Below, piece after piece: positions 8,701-17,390 of a stretch of 44,162 nt of DNA; position 1 is the first letter of the stretch, and each line of letters begins with the position of its first letter. Source of the stretch: a virus (Duplodnaviria > Caudoviricetes); IMG/VR virus record IMGVR_UViG_3300042350_000206, positions 1-44,162 of that record; one strand, 5' to 3'. The position numbers were made by a program, and so were the translations under genes. The notes beneath the pieces are model-generated. The model saw only the letters and a program-made list of their open reading frames with translations, was not told the origin of the DNA and made no database searches.

Positions 8701-10164
8701 GGTCTCAAGACGCTGAACGTCACGCAGAGCGGTCGACCCCATAAGAGGGTTGTTCATCACACGACCAACGGTGTTACGTACCCAACCTGCCGACAACCCC
8801 TGTACTTCGTCGATAGCCTCTTGCAGGCCGGAAGTATTGATACGCTCTTTAACTTCTACAACGTAACCCTGACGCAGATCATCGGGGTTCACAGGGACAA
8901 TCTCAGCCTCAGGAGCACGAGTCTTGATGTCCTCAAGATGGCGCTTAAGGCTCTCAGGTGCCTCTCCATTAGCCAGAGGTTTGAACGGAGCACCGTCCAT
9001 TGCACGACCAAAGCGGACAGCAGTGACGTAGTTACCCAAGCCTTCGTCGAAGTACTTGAAGTCAAAAACAGGGTTAGCTACGTTAGTCTTCCTACGCTCT
9101 ACAATCTTCAAGGCGGCGTCGTTAATAGACTTTTTAGTAGCCACACGACCAAAAGCACCCTTCTGGAACATGTCGTTCATATCACGAGTGATTTTGTTGG
9201 CGACCATCTGCTCAGTGAACGCAGCCTGAGGTACACGTACGGGCTGGGGTGCGACATCCAAGACAGACGGAGCTACGTTATTCAAAGCAACAGGATCAGG
9301 AGCGCGTTCAAGGATTTTAGTTGCAGCCTCAGAACCAGCCTCAGGGCCTTTAATGGCTGTGACACGACCAACTGCGGTGGAGGACTTCAGTGAGGGTTTG
9401 ACAAGGTTCTTTACGCCCTTAACGGCGACACCAAGAGTGAAACTTGTAGCTACGTCGACAGCAGCGAAGAGTTGATTAGAACCCTTCATAGGGTCAAAGC
9501 CTGCACCAGCGATCTCGCCAGACAGTTCCTCAAAGGCACTCAGGGTGTTCTCGCGGAAGATACCTTCTTTACCTACTTCGTCGGCGTAACCTTCAAACCA
9601 GACCTTAAACTCAGCCGGGGAAAGCTTAGCTGCGTTGTCTAGGATAATACGGCTATTGCTTTCGGTATCTGCCGTGATGTCTTCGAAAACACCAATAGGC
9701 GATACAGCCCTTAGAAATCTGTCGGCAACATCAAGGCCACGACCAAACATGGACTTCTCTTCACCGATAGCCTGCATACGGTTCTGAGTGATCTCTTGAG
9801 CGACCTGCATGTTGGCTGCAATACGGGACTCGGTAGCAGAGTATTCGTAGTCGTCAAGCGTAAGACCCTGCTCAGCGACAAACTCTTTATTGCTAAGGAT
9901 GTCGTCGCGCTTAATGCCGTTAGAGGCCACTTCTTGAGCGAGTTGGTCAGCACTCTTACCCGTTTGGTAACCACGGAGGAATACTTCGTAGAGAGAATTG
10001 TTAGAGGTTTCCAGAACGCGGTTCTTAGCTTCCTCTGTCGTCATATCCTCTAAAGTAGTTACAAGGATATCATCTGGACGTTCCTGAGGAGGCTCAGCCG
10101 CAACACCGAATTGTTCATCAAGAGTTTGAATGTTGAGGTCGAAGCCAAGAGGAAACTTTGCCAT
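5779..10164 (-). CDS. Large internal virion (ejection) protein
   Basis: 1461 aa, helical/Ala-rich, positioned after nozzle and gp14-like genes. Confidence 0.7.
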   Translation of the reverse strand: MAKFPLGFDLNIQTLDEQFGVAAEPPQERPDDILVTTLEDMTTEEAKNRVLETSNNSLYEVFLRGYQTGKSADQLAQEVASNGIKRDDILSNKEFVAEQGLTLDDYEYSATESRIAANMQVAQEITQNRMQAIGEEKSMFGRGLDVADRFLRAVSPIGVFEDITADTESNSRIILDNAAKLSPAEFKVWFEGYADEVGKEGIFRENTLSAFEELSGEIAGAGFDPMKGSNQLFAAVDVATSFTLGVAVKGVKNLVKPSLKSSTAVGRVTAIKGPEAGSEAATKILERAPDPVALNNVAPSVLDVAPQPVRVPQAAFTEQMVANKITRDMNDMFQKGAFGRVATKKSINDAALKIVERRKTNVANPVFDFKYFDEGLGNYVTAVRFGRAMDGAPFKPLANGEAPESLKRHLEDIKTRAPEAEIVPVNPDDLRQGYVVEVKERINTSGLQEAIDEVQGLSAGWVRNTVGRVMNNPLMGSTALRDVQRLETLNNMGESARAAVKQYVLNPYLRAMESLSPKETYTIQRVYGELRDGSDAARRTRYDESEFRTKYIQLHPSNAEPSPKAFEAFQAVATVEEADYLIKSTNMLQRYIEKGFNNTIQVFDDYFAPAKTVARSDIPADARIIDGASGVSLRLDELGDEDLPIWKIDKPTDSGQEYVITPKKVRMIDPTDVMGYNPGGSRVNPLLNYFVVLGGKRLKSLMGAFSEKQARLAKEQLTNLKKAIETGSIDDAIVRANNDWNPGIQTADELRKFMDDEGWDFTKGDINVKGRNDDIIDVEVDGEGVFVGLRADDYIQNDLRRNDKVLLDFGGGRAYNEDPVNSVLSQFGQSAFTYSNRAYSRNAMVGWVKRVQQSGRGWLPANVSPNNYEELFRKAEVTGTDEFSRRMKELKEITERKLNMKDDFALTMEGYGQVAAEFIFDKTSDLGKRGVPFLKGGIKLDLAGDPSNIFLKIGFQSAFGFFNAAQIFLQSFHATTIMAISPIHGFKGAALVPAMRGAINAYEKGAGQEAIKRFAKAAEISEKEAEEWFEYIRTSGRAVVEGDAIEDGTAIGWGISGWKGENLEYGKAAAAKNLSSKYVGKALDAGVMPFQFGERLTRLTAMNTAILEFKAKYPGVSLFSDQARSVITRREQDLTFNMNSSARARVQSGFMKVPTQWLSYSFRASEAVFVGRNFTPAERARLTAILMPFYGLAGFGLASSADYVADKLGIEPGGALYMGLKNGVLDGLFAALGTDLSVGQRLAPAGAFFDVYKNLTEGKFLEVVGGPSGQIGQGLYEATMSALSSLKTGQTASLTEDVIQILRTPSGVDNVAKAIGIFNNGIYRSKTGVALPFEMTVSEGVTALLGFAPQRVTEFYNRKSDMFADTKKFGTFRKEVNRDAERIFQLLEGDSNDIDQAIRLFEELNVRITFSGFSLTDQLSLRKSATSKLESEWLKLQDHLIRQDNMYGLQAMQSIFNGSNE

Positions 10165-10658
10165 TACTGAATACCCGCCGTAAGGTCAGGTTTGGTCGAA
10201 CTACCAAAAGCATCAAAACCTCCAGCCATCTGGAAAACGCTCATTCCCAGACCTGCTAGAGCACTGGCGTTATTTGCCCTCGCTTGAGACATGCCAATCT
10301 GTTTCGACAAACCTGATAGTTCAGTAGAAATGCCGCCCATCTGAGAGGAAAACCCTAGGGCACCGCCAAGCTGACTACCGACAGAAGCCATACCACCAGA
10401 GGCGGCAGAAGAACCTACGACACCCATACCCTGCGCCGCTGCCCTAACCTGAGCACGACGAATCTGAGCCTCACGGATAGCCTGACGCTGGGACGTACGG
10501 GTAGCAAGCTCTTGTTGCTTCTGCTGCTGCTCCACTTGTTTCTCTTGGAGAGCTACAGTCTGCTTTTGAGCTTTAGCTGCGTTCCTAGTTCCGACGATAG
10601 CTGCACCCGCACCTGCCACTGAAGCAACTGCGCCGATAACTGCTGCGACTGGACCCAT
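10164..10658 (-). CDS. Internal virion protein, T7 gp14-like
   Basis: Hydrophobic Gly/Ala N-terminus, Gln-rich coiled coil, syntenic position. Confidence 0.65.
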   Translation of the reverse strand: MGPVAAVIGAVASVAGAGAAIVGTRNAAKAQKQTVALQEKQVEQQQKQQELATRTSQRQAIREAQIRRAQVRAAAQGMGVVGSSAASGGMASVGSQLGGALGFSSQMGGISTELSGLSKQIGMSQARANNASALAGLGMSVFQMAGGFDAFGSSTKPDLTAGIQ

Positions 10659-10659
10659 C

Positions 10660-10965
10660 TTACACCTCGTATTTGTAGACCGTAAGGTCGTCTTTGTGAC
10701 TTACGAATTGAAATTTTAACCCACCAAGAAGCCTTTTGATCTTGATGTTGTCCTTAGGAACCGCAGCCCATAGTTGAGTGTGTCCCATAGCCCTCAGGAA
10801 ATCCGACCAATCCTCAAGTTGGATCAGCATGTCTTGGAAGATTTCCTTAGTAAATTTGTCGATCTCTCTCAGGTGGACTATAACGTATTCTTCATTATAC
10901 TCTAAACGGATTACGTAACCATCTCTCTGGATAAGAAGGTCTTTAGAACCTAGTGTTTCGTCCAC
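10660..10965 (-). CDS. GNAT-fold protein, T7 gp13-like position
   Basis: WAAVPKDN.KIKRLL..LKFQF resembles a GNAT C-terminal motif; lies between nozzle and core genes. Confidence 0.5.
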   Translation of the reverse strand: MDETLGSKDLLIQRDGYVIRLEYNEEYVIVHLREIDKFTKEIFQDMLIQLEDWSDFLRAMGHTQLWAAVPKDNIKIKRLLGGLKFQFVSHKDDLTVYKYEV

Positions 10966-13099
10966 CTAGAACCCCATAGCCAAGAAGAACGAAATCTTTG
11001 CCTTGCTCACTCTCGAAGCGCATACGCATGGAACGACCACTACCACGGACCTTAAGGCGAGTAGTAATCACAGTGTCAGGGTAGCCAAAATCATTAAGGT
11101 CTGCAGGGTTTACAATTGGTGTCGTCTTGTAACGATAAGCTTGTTGGGCTGCACTAGAGGGGGTCGTAGAGAAATCCCAGTATGCCGACACAAAGATAGA
11201 GGAAGGATGAATAGGTTCGTAACCTGACCCTGTGTTGGTCCAACCCTCTTCGGTAACCCGACTGTATACGATGATATAAGGTGCAGTTTTCTCTAGGAGG
11301 AGGTCACCAAGGAAGTCGTAACCAGCTTCAGCAAACGATGAGTAGTTTGCGGTAGTCCAATCAAGGTACGACCCACCAGAGAATGCACCCATTGTGAGCT
11401 TACCTGTAGAACCCTCACGGATCAAAAGAACAATAGACGGGTCACCCGTAGCGAAGTCTGAAAGCTGGGTCGACACAATATCGTCTGAACCTTGAACCAC
11501 GTCGTCCCCTGTAGGAAGAACAACGTCAAGAACAAGCTCGTCAGAACCGTAGCCTGAGTACACCGCAAGGCCCATGATATAATCCGTCGAGGATGCCTCG
11601 TCAGAAACCTTCCAAGGATAGAACGCACCCAAGGGGATATCAAGGATCAGGAAGTTGTTCAGCTTGTTTGCGTTAGTCTCTGTGGCGTTAGGGTAAGCCC
11701 AGTAGATTTTCTTATTCAGTCGGTCGTACGTAGCCTGAACGAGAGAACGAGAGTTAGAACCAATGTCGTCCCAGAAGGTCTGGATCGTAGGCAGGCTGAT
11801 GTTCTGCTCCGTAGGGTTACCGCTTACTTCGTCGAACTGAAGCGTATGGATGCCCGTCTTGGACCACCAGAACGGAACACCTTCTGCCTCAGCAAACGAC
11901 TCAGCCGACAACATACCAGTGTACGACACACGACGCAGGGAGTATTCAGTAGCACGGAAGACGTTATCGACACCATTAATCGACCACACACCATTATCCG
12001 CGAAGATAAATAAGGTAGCCCCGAAGGCGTAGAGGTACTTGATGTTAACTGCGTCAGGAATACGGACGACGCCGCCATCTGTGGGCAGGAGATCACTGAT
12101 ATCTTCTGAGGTGGGGTCGTTAACTTGGAAACATTCACCAAGCTCACTCAAGGACTCAATCTGACGCGAGAACAGAATGACACCAGAGTTCTTAGCAGAC
12201 TCAAGGCCAGCGTAGAAGATACGACCAGCAAAGGATTCGACGGACTTGAAGCGAGAGTTCTCTATATCTGTCGTAATACCTGAGATACCTGAGGCTGCAC
12301 TACGGTCCTTGTTGAAGAAGTCAAGGATGTACGTTCCGTTACCGATAAGGCTGGTGCCAGAGAAGATGTTCTGCCACTCGGTCTTCGAGAAAACACCCGA
12401 GGAATCCTTACCTGCGTACCACGGGAGGGTCAGGGGAGGGTAGGCACCATAGGCAGAGAGGGCTGCAGTACCTTTAGTACCCGACCAACCAGCGTTAGCG
12501 GTATCATACTTACGGGCAGTAGACGCAGCAGCCGTAGAGACCTCAGTGGTGTAAGTGCTTTTGTCACCCAACCACTCAAAGTCACGAATACGGAATTTAA
12601 TCTGGGTTGTCGTCAGAGTACCAGTGGTATTGTCACGCTGAATATAGATCGAGTTGATAGCCGGGGAGGAGACGACAAGAGCACCATTGATGGATGCAAA
12701 CTGACAGTTAGCGTTAGCAGCGCCGACACCACCTGCGACTTCGTAGGACGACAAATTGACAGTCTGAGCAATCTCGTGAGACGAGTAAGGAAGGTTAGCC
12801 TTGTTATAAAAGCGTAGCGTAGAGCCAACCTGCAGGACAAGAAATTCAAGACCTGACTGGCCCCCTACGTTCTCCCAGCTACCCGTATGAAACCGAGTAG
12901 AGGTGCTTACGGTAAACGACGAAAGAGTATTACTGTCTTCGATCTTAGCGGCAAGCCTACGACGACGTGAGCCATCCCGACGCAGGTCACAGTTAAGTTC
13001 ATCGACAGAAGCATCAGCAGGAAACGTAAGTTCGCCAGCCTCAGTAATAAGGCCCTTTACGAAAGTGTTAACTACCTTCTGAGTTAGACTTTGGGGCAT
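10943..13099 (-). CDS. Tail tubular protein B (nozzle)
   Basis: 718 aa beta-rich; NTFVKGLITE N-terminus, FAGRIFYAG, KVRGSGRSMRMRFES C-terminus. Confidence 0.8.
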   Translation of the reverse strand: MPQSLTQKVVNTFVKGLITEAGELTFPADASVDELNCDLRRDGSRRRRLAAKIEDSNTLSSFTVSTSTRFHTGSWENVGGQSGLEFLVLQVGSTLRFYNKANLPYSSHEIAQTVNLSSYEVAGGVGAANANCQFASINGALVVSSPAINSIYIQRDNTTGTLTTTQIKFRIRDFEWLGDKSTYTTEVSTAAASTARKYDTANAGWSGTKGTAALSAYGAYPPLTLPWYAGKDSSGVFSKTEWQNIFSGTSLIGNGTYILDFFNKDRSAASGISGITTDIENSRFKSVESFAGRIFYAGLESAKNSGVILFSRQIESLSELGECFQVNDPTSEDISDLLPTDGGVVRIPDAVNIKYLYAFGATLFIFADNGVWSINGVDNVFRATEYSLRRVSYTGMLSAESFAEAEGVPFWWSKTGIHTLQFDEVSGNPTEQNISLPTIQTFWDDIGSNSRSLVQATYDRLNKKIYWAYPNATETNANKLNNFLILDIPLGAFYPWKVSDEASSTDYIMGLAVYSGYGSDELVLDVVLPTGDDVVQGSDDIVSTQLSDFATGDPSIVLLIREGSTGKLTMGAFSGGSYLDWTTANYSSFAEAGYDFLGDLLLEKTAPYIIVYSRVTEEGWTNTGSGYEPIHPSSIFVSAYWDFSTTPSSAAQQAYRYKTTPIVNPADLNDFGYPDTVITTRLKVRGSGRSMRMRFESEQGKDFVLLGYGVLGGRNTRF

Positions 13100-13379
13100 C
13101 TTTTAACGCTTTCCGTTCTTCTCGTTCTTTGGCGAAGTTCTCACGACGCGCACCGATAGTCTCTTTCTTATTCCGAACGTAGTGCTCGACAGCTTCCTTA
13201 GCCTTGGGGATAGAAGAGTAGCTCCCCTTTAGCTCCATGGGCATTACCCCTTTGTCGGTCACAATCTCGAAGAAGATAAATCCGCTACGGTCTTTCTGGA
13301 TCGTCAGGGTCGTAAGCATCTTTTCAGGGCAACGACAAATACAGATTTGCTTCTCAGGGTATTCTTCAAACTCTACCAA
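13068..13379 (-). CDS. Hypothetical protein
   Basis: Probable TTG start 13379 directly after the adaptor stop; PMELKGSYSS motif. Confidence 0.6.
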   Translation of the reverse strand: MVEFEEYPEKQICICRCPEKMLTTLTIQKDRSGFIFFEIVTDKGVMPMELKGSYSSIPKAKEAVEHYVRNKKETIGARRENFAKEREERKALKDAPKSNSEGS

Positions 13380-13380
13380 T

Positions 13381-14118
13381 TCAATTCCTGCCGTAGTGGT
13401 TGCGTACGTTAGGGCGTTTAGTCCGATACATGTCATTCTGAACGAAAGACTTCAAACGACGAGCAGCCTGTTCCACCTTAGGGTCCGACCCAGACTTGAA
13501 GAGGGAGAAGCAAGTGGACTTAGCCTCAGCCAGAAGGTAGGGCAGCATGGTGTCGTCAAGATCAGGGGTGAAGCTGTCAGCAATGGTAAACGTAGGGTAA
13601 ACCGTACCGTAGGCCCGAGTCTTAGAAGCCTGCAGGATGGTCTCTACGGTAGCATCGTAAGCATTCATCACGATGTGTAGATCGTCAAACGAGGTGTAAT
13701 ACGTAGGCATCCTGTCTTTGAAGATAACCAACGAAGTGGACGCTGTAGCATCTGGGACGACAAGAGTGCTGTCGGGGTTATTGTACGGCATACGCTTGAG
13801 GAAGTCCAGAGGCTCAACGAAGTGAATCTCTTGGTAGTTAACGCCACCCTCTGTGTCGATGTTGTACGACAAGTCCACGATGTCACGGGTGTTCGTAGGG
13901 TACTGGAAATGGGTGGGACGTACGGATGACGACAAAGAGGTAAGTTTGAGAAGCTGCTGGTGCTCAGGGATGTTACGTGCAGCAATGATATTGTAATACA
14001 CGTCCTCAATGACTGAGGCAATCTGCTGAGCTTCTACTGTGTCGCTGATGGAGTTTACAGCTTCAGAGTCCATATCCGAAAGGATCGAACTCACCATCTC
14101 CAAGAGTGTCTTCTTCAT
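13381..14118 (-). CDS. Tail tubular protein A (adaptor)
   Basis: KKTLLEMVSSILSDMDSEAVNSISDTVEA N-terminus; syntenic. Confidence 0.8.
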   Translation of the reverse strand: MKKTLLEMVSSILSDMDSEAVNSISDTVEAQQIASVIEDVYYNIIAARNIPEHQQLLKLTSLSSSVRPTHFQYPTNTRDIVDLSYNIDTEGGVNYQEIHFVEPLDFLKRMPYNNPDSTLVVPDATASTSLVIFKDRMPTYYTSFDDLHIVMNAYDATVETILQASKTRAYGTVYPTFTIADSFTPDLDDTMLPYLLAEAKSTCFSLFKSGSDPKVEQAARRLKSFVQNDMYRTKRPNVRNHYGRN

Positions 14119-14681
14119 TACGCTGCAATCCCTGTGATACGCAAGAGACCAGATGCAAAGTTAACCGTAACTGATGCGCTAGCTTTAACGAAGACTTCGA
14201 GGTAGTCGTCAGTACTCATTGAAATAGTGGTCGACAAAGAATGAATGTGCCAATCGCCCGTAGACGTGCTAGCGATCATACGAGAACCAGCGACTTCTGT
14301 GCCATTCTTAAAGAAGACCAGTTGGATATCTTTAGAAGTGCCAGAAGCCTGTGACACAGAGAAACGAGCATCAAGGACTGCGTTAATTGTTTCAGCACCA
14401 TCGTAACGTACACGAGCGTTAGGGGACGACAACCCTGTAAAGCCGTTATTAACCCCTACGGTAAAGGTTGGGTTAAGGACCGTGTCTGACGTAGTAGCGG
14501 AGTGTGCGTAAGGGCTACCAGTAGAGAACGTAAGGTAGCCATTGAAAGCTCTGCTATTCTCCACCCAGACGCCACTACCAGCACCGTCAGCTACGTAGAT
14601 TTGACCTGCCAGAGCAGTAGAGACACCCTTAGGTTCATGAAGGTAAGGGTCAGTCAGAGTGTTATGATTAACGTTTGCCAT
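14118..14681 (-). CDS. Virion structural protein (short fibre-like)
   Basis: LHEPKG..YVADGAGSGVW N-terminus and beta-sandwich-like C-terminus. Confidence 0.6.
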   Translation of the reverse strand: MANVNHNTLTDPYLHEPKGVSTALAGQIYVADGAGSGVWVENSRAFNGYLTFSTGSPYAHSATTSDTVLNPTFTVGVNNGFTGLSSPNARVRYDGAETINAVLDARFSVSQASGTSKDIQLVFFKNGTEVAGSRMIASTSTGDWHIHSLSTTISMSTDDYLEVFVKASASVTVNFASGLLRITGIAA

Positions 14682-14781
14682 ACGGAGAGTCCTTAAGCTG
14701 TATCATCTTACAGACGAATCAGTCTGACGTTAGAAGCTATAGAGATATACAGTATATGTCCATTGGGAAGCACTTAAGCTT

Positions 14782-14809
14782 ATTATACACTGTTTTGAGA
14801 ATCTGTCAA
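14782..14809 (-). promoter_or_regulatory. Sigma70-type promoter for the tail/core operon
   Basis: TTGACA(14809-14804)-16 bp-TATAAT(14787-14782). Confidence 0.8.
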
Positions 14810-14840
14810 GTACAATCGTAACAGACCATCAAAGTAGTGT

Positions 14841-14866
14841 GGGGTGTCACACTTAAGCAACACCCC
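14841..14866 (-). terminator. Hairpin after capsid/decoration genes (weak terminator or processing site)
   Basis: GGGGTGTT/GACACCCC stem; U-tract is poor. Confidence 0.5.
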
Positions 14867-14875
14867 TAGAGCCGA

Positions 14876-15361
14876 TTACTCGACCTTGATGTACTCGACG
14901 ATCAGGGTAGCCGAGCCAGCGGTGAACGCAGCCGTACCGTACAGAGCGCCAATGTAGACCGGGGCCGAACCCACGGTAACGACACCAGAAACCTGAGCAC
15001 CGTCACACTGCACCACGTCACCGTCTGCGTCGATAGCAGTCAGAGCGATAGCAGCATCAATACCGTCAGCATCCACAGCGGTACCAGCAGCGTTGTAAGT
15101 ACCAATGGTCAACGTAGCCGAGCCACCCGAGGTAGCAGCGTCAGTGATAACCAAATCGGCATTCACGATGATAGCACCAGCCGGGATCATAGCTTCCAGC
15201 GGGTCGATGTTCGAGGAACCAAACGACGAACCAAGAGCAGCCAGCGACAGCTTCTTGGTGATGACCTGACGAGCACCACGAGCGGTGACGCCTTCGTCGT
15301 TAACAGCACCCTGAGCACCATCGGTCAGGACAAAGAGACCGTCAGCGTTAGTGTAAGACAT
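14876..15361 (-). CDS. Capsid decoration/cement-like protein
   Basis: 161 aa Ala/Gly/Thr-rich, IPAGAIIV motif, directly after the major capsid gene, AGGAGG SD. Confidence 0.6.
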   Translation of the reverse strand: MSYTNADGLFVLTDGAQGAVNDEGVTARGARQVITKKLSLAALGSSFGSSNIDPLEAMIPAGAIIVNADLVITDAATSGGSATLTIGTYNAAGTAVDADGIDAAIALTAIDADGDVVQCDGAQVSGVVTVGSAPVYIGALYGTAAFTAGSATLIVEYIKVE

Positions 15362-15377
15362 GTTATATCCCTCCTAA

Positions 15378-16346
15378 TTACACGTTGGTTTTCGTGATAA
15401 CACGAACCATGTTCTCGGGACGGTACAGCTTAACACCGTAGCGAGCAGTCGTAACATACTCGTGACGCTGGAAGTCTTTGTTGTACTCGTAGTCCACTTC
15501 CGGCATCTGACGCCATGCACCGACAAAAGCCTGAGCAGCGGGAGCAGCCGAGAAGAACAGGTTAACCTTACCGTTGTTGGTACCGAAGTCAACGTTACCG
15601 GGCGAAGCAGCTTTGTTGGTCAGAGCCGAATCGGTTGCGGTAGCAAGGTAGTTCGAGGTATACACGTCGAAGCCGTACACGTTCTTCACGAAGCGCATAC
15701 CAGTAGCGATGCCATCAGCGACAACGCCTTCCCAACGCGGGTTATCCGAGACCGACACAAGGTTGGTCAGGGTGTTGATCGTGTATTCAACCGAAGGGTC
15801 AACGACAGCGATCAGGTTGGTGTCGGGAACGTTAGCCTTCTTGAGAGCGTAACGAGCACGAGCAAAGTCAGCAACTGCGATCACAGCGCCAGTACCCGAA
15901 CCAGCCCAACGGTGGCCAACGCCATCAATTGCAGCTTCCGAGTTAGCCGACACACCAGCTTCAGGTGCAGCGAACGTGGTGGCTTCGAAGTGAGCCATGA
16001 TGGCCCGCTCTTGTTCCGGCACGAAACGCGACATCAGTTCAGCCGAGTAGAACGAATCTTGCTCTGCTTTCTTGGTGATGTAGGTAGCCGACGACAGGTA
16101 CTTGTCAACGGTGAAGGTGAACTCACCAGTGTCCATCGGACGGTAAACAACGGCAGTATCTTCTGCGTAGTTGTCGACCTGAGCTTGGCCAATCGACGGG
16201 ATCGTGAACTGGTCACCGTCAGGGAAACCTTCAAGCATACGCACGTAGCGTTGTGCCATCATTTCGTCGCGCAGAATTTCCTTAAGCTCCGAAGACCATA
16301 CTTCCGAGCGAGTAAGGAGACTCATGTTGGCAGTAGTCATAGCCAT
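15378..16346 (-). CDS. Major capsid protein
   Basis: 322 aa, RSEVWSSEL, GDQFTIPSIG, TARYGVKLYRPE; follows scaffold. Confidence 0.85.
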   Translation of the reverse strand: MAMTTANMSLLTRSEVWSSELKEILRDEMMAQRYVRMLEGFPDGDQFTIPSIGQAQVDNYAEDTAVVYRPMDTGEFTFTVDKYLSSATYITKKAEQDSFYSAELMSRFVPEQERAIMAHFEATTFAAPEAGVSANSEAAIDGVGHRWAGSGTGAVIAVADFARARYALKKANVPDTNLIAVVDPSVEYTINTLTNLVSVSDNPRWEGVVADGIATGMRFVKNVYGFDVYTSNYLATATDSALTNKAASPGNVDFGTNNGKVNLFFSAAPAAQAFVGAWRQMPEVDYEYNKDFQRHEYVTTARYGVKLYRPENMVRVITKTNV

Positions 16347-16363
16347 TTTAGTCTTCTCCTAGT

Positions 16364-17146
16364 TTATGGTTTCCACTTATTCCCAAGACGAGCAGCATCA
16401 TCCATCATCTGTCGTTGAATCTTGGGAGTATAGTAGAGGGATTTACTTTCCCGACGGAGTTTTTGGTAGTAATCGAAATTACGCTCCGCCGAAGCTTGCA
16501 TGTTGACCCCTTCCGTGCGAACCGTCCCCGACACAATAGGTTGGAAGGATTTCTTCGGTTCACCAATCAGGTTAAAGAAGGCGTTAGGGGACTCAGACGC
16601 TAGTTCCTGTAGACGCTGCACAGTCAAGCCAAGTTCTTGGGCTTTCTTCTGGACAACGGCAGGGGCCTCAGTGCCGTAGGTCTTCTCAAGTTCCTGATCG
16701 ACAAGAGCGAGGTTCTGCTTTACAGTATTATCTCGGTCTCGTGCAGTCAGAGTTTTCTCAACAAGGCTCTTTAGGATATCCTCACTCACTTGCGGCGGGG
16801 TATTGCCATCAGTATTAGTGCCACCGTTATTATTGTTGTTAGCCGCTGCAGGTTTCACGTTGGTGGGCGACGTGGCCTTGGTCTGCAGTTCTTCGAGTAG
16901 AGTCTTGGCGTAGTCCTGTTTCTGGAGGTCTTCACGCATCTGCGTAAGTTGATCCTCTAGATTTTTAATGTAGCCATCAGCTTCGAGTTTGCCTTTGGCT
17001 AGCACTTCAGGGTCTTTCCAGTTCTCTCCCTTAGTGGCGACGAGCTTTGCCAGATATGACTCCTGTTGTTCAGTTGTCGTCTGTGGTGCTTGGCTCTCTT
17101 GACTCTGCCCAGTTGGTTGCTGAGCTTGGTCGAACACGTTTGTCAA
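16364..17146 (-). CDS. Capsid scaffolding protein
   Basis: Gln/Glu-rich, low-complexity, coiled coil; between portal region and capsid gene. Confidence 0.7.
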   Translation of the reverse strand: MTNVFDQAQQPTGQSQESQAPQTTTEQQESYLAKLVATKGENWKDPEVLAKGKLEADGYIKNLEDQLTQMREDLQKQDYAKTLLEELQTKATSPTNVKPAAANNNNNGGTNTDGNTPPQVSEDILKSLVEKTLTARDRDNTVKQNLALVDQELEKTYGTEAPAVVQKKAQELGLTVQRLQELASESPNAFFNLIGEPKKSFQPIVSGTVRTEGVNMQASAERNFDYYQKLRRESKSLYYTPKIQRQMMDDAARLGNKWKP

Positions 17147-17150
17147 ATTG

Positions 17151-17390
17151 TTAGTCCTTGTGGTTAAGGTCGATTAAGTTGAGTAGATCGTCGAGAACAG
17201 CGTTATATTCATTCACGGCGATCTGTTTGTATTCCCAACCGGGGGAATAATCCCGAACAGCTTCCTTACGGACATAGTGCTGTTCTAGAATTTCACGTAG
17301 GTCGTCGAAGGCATTACGGTACGACAACACTTCTTGTTTGCGTTGGTTCCGATCAGAGTCCTTGACGCCTCTAAGCCATACAGCTTGCAT
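17151..17390 (-). CDS. Hypothetical protein
   Basis: 79 aa coupled to the portal stop; DYSPGWEYKQ motif. Confidence 0.7.
   Translation of the reverse strand: MQAVWLRGVKDSDRNQRKQEVLSYRNAFDDLREILEQHYVRKEAVRDYSPGWEYKQIAVNEYNAVLDDLLNLIDLNHKD

Noticed and set aside
7930-9393. 487-aa plus-strand ORF (also 3176-3922, 15462-16418, 17960-19195)
   Set aside because: Antisense shadows of clear structural genes; no SD or recognisable motifs
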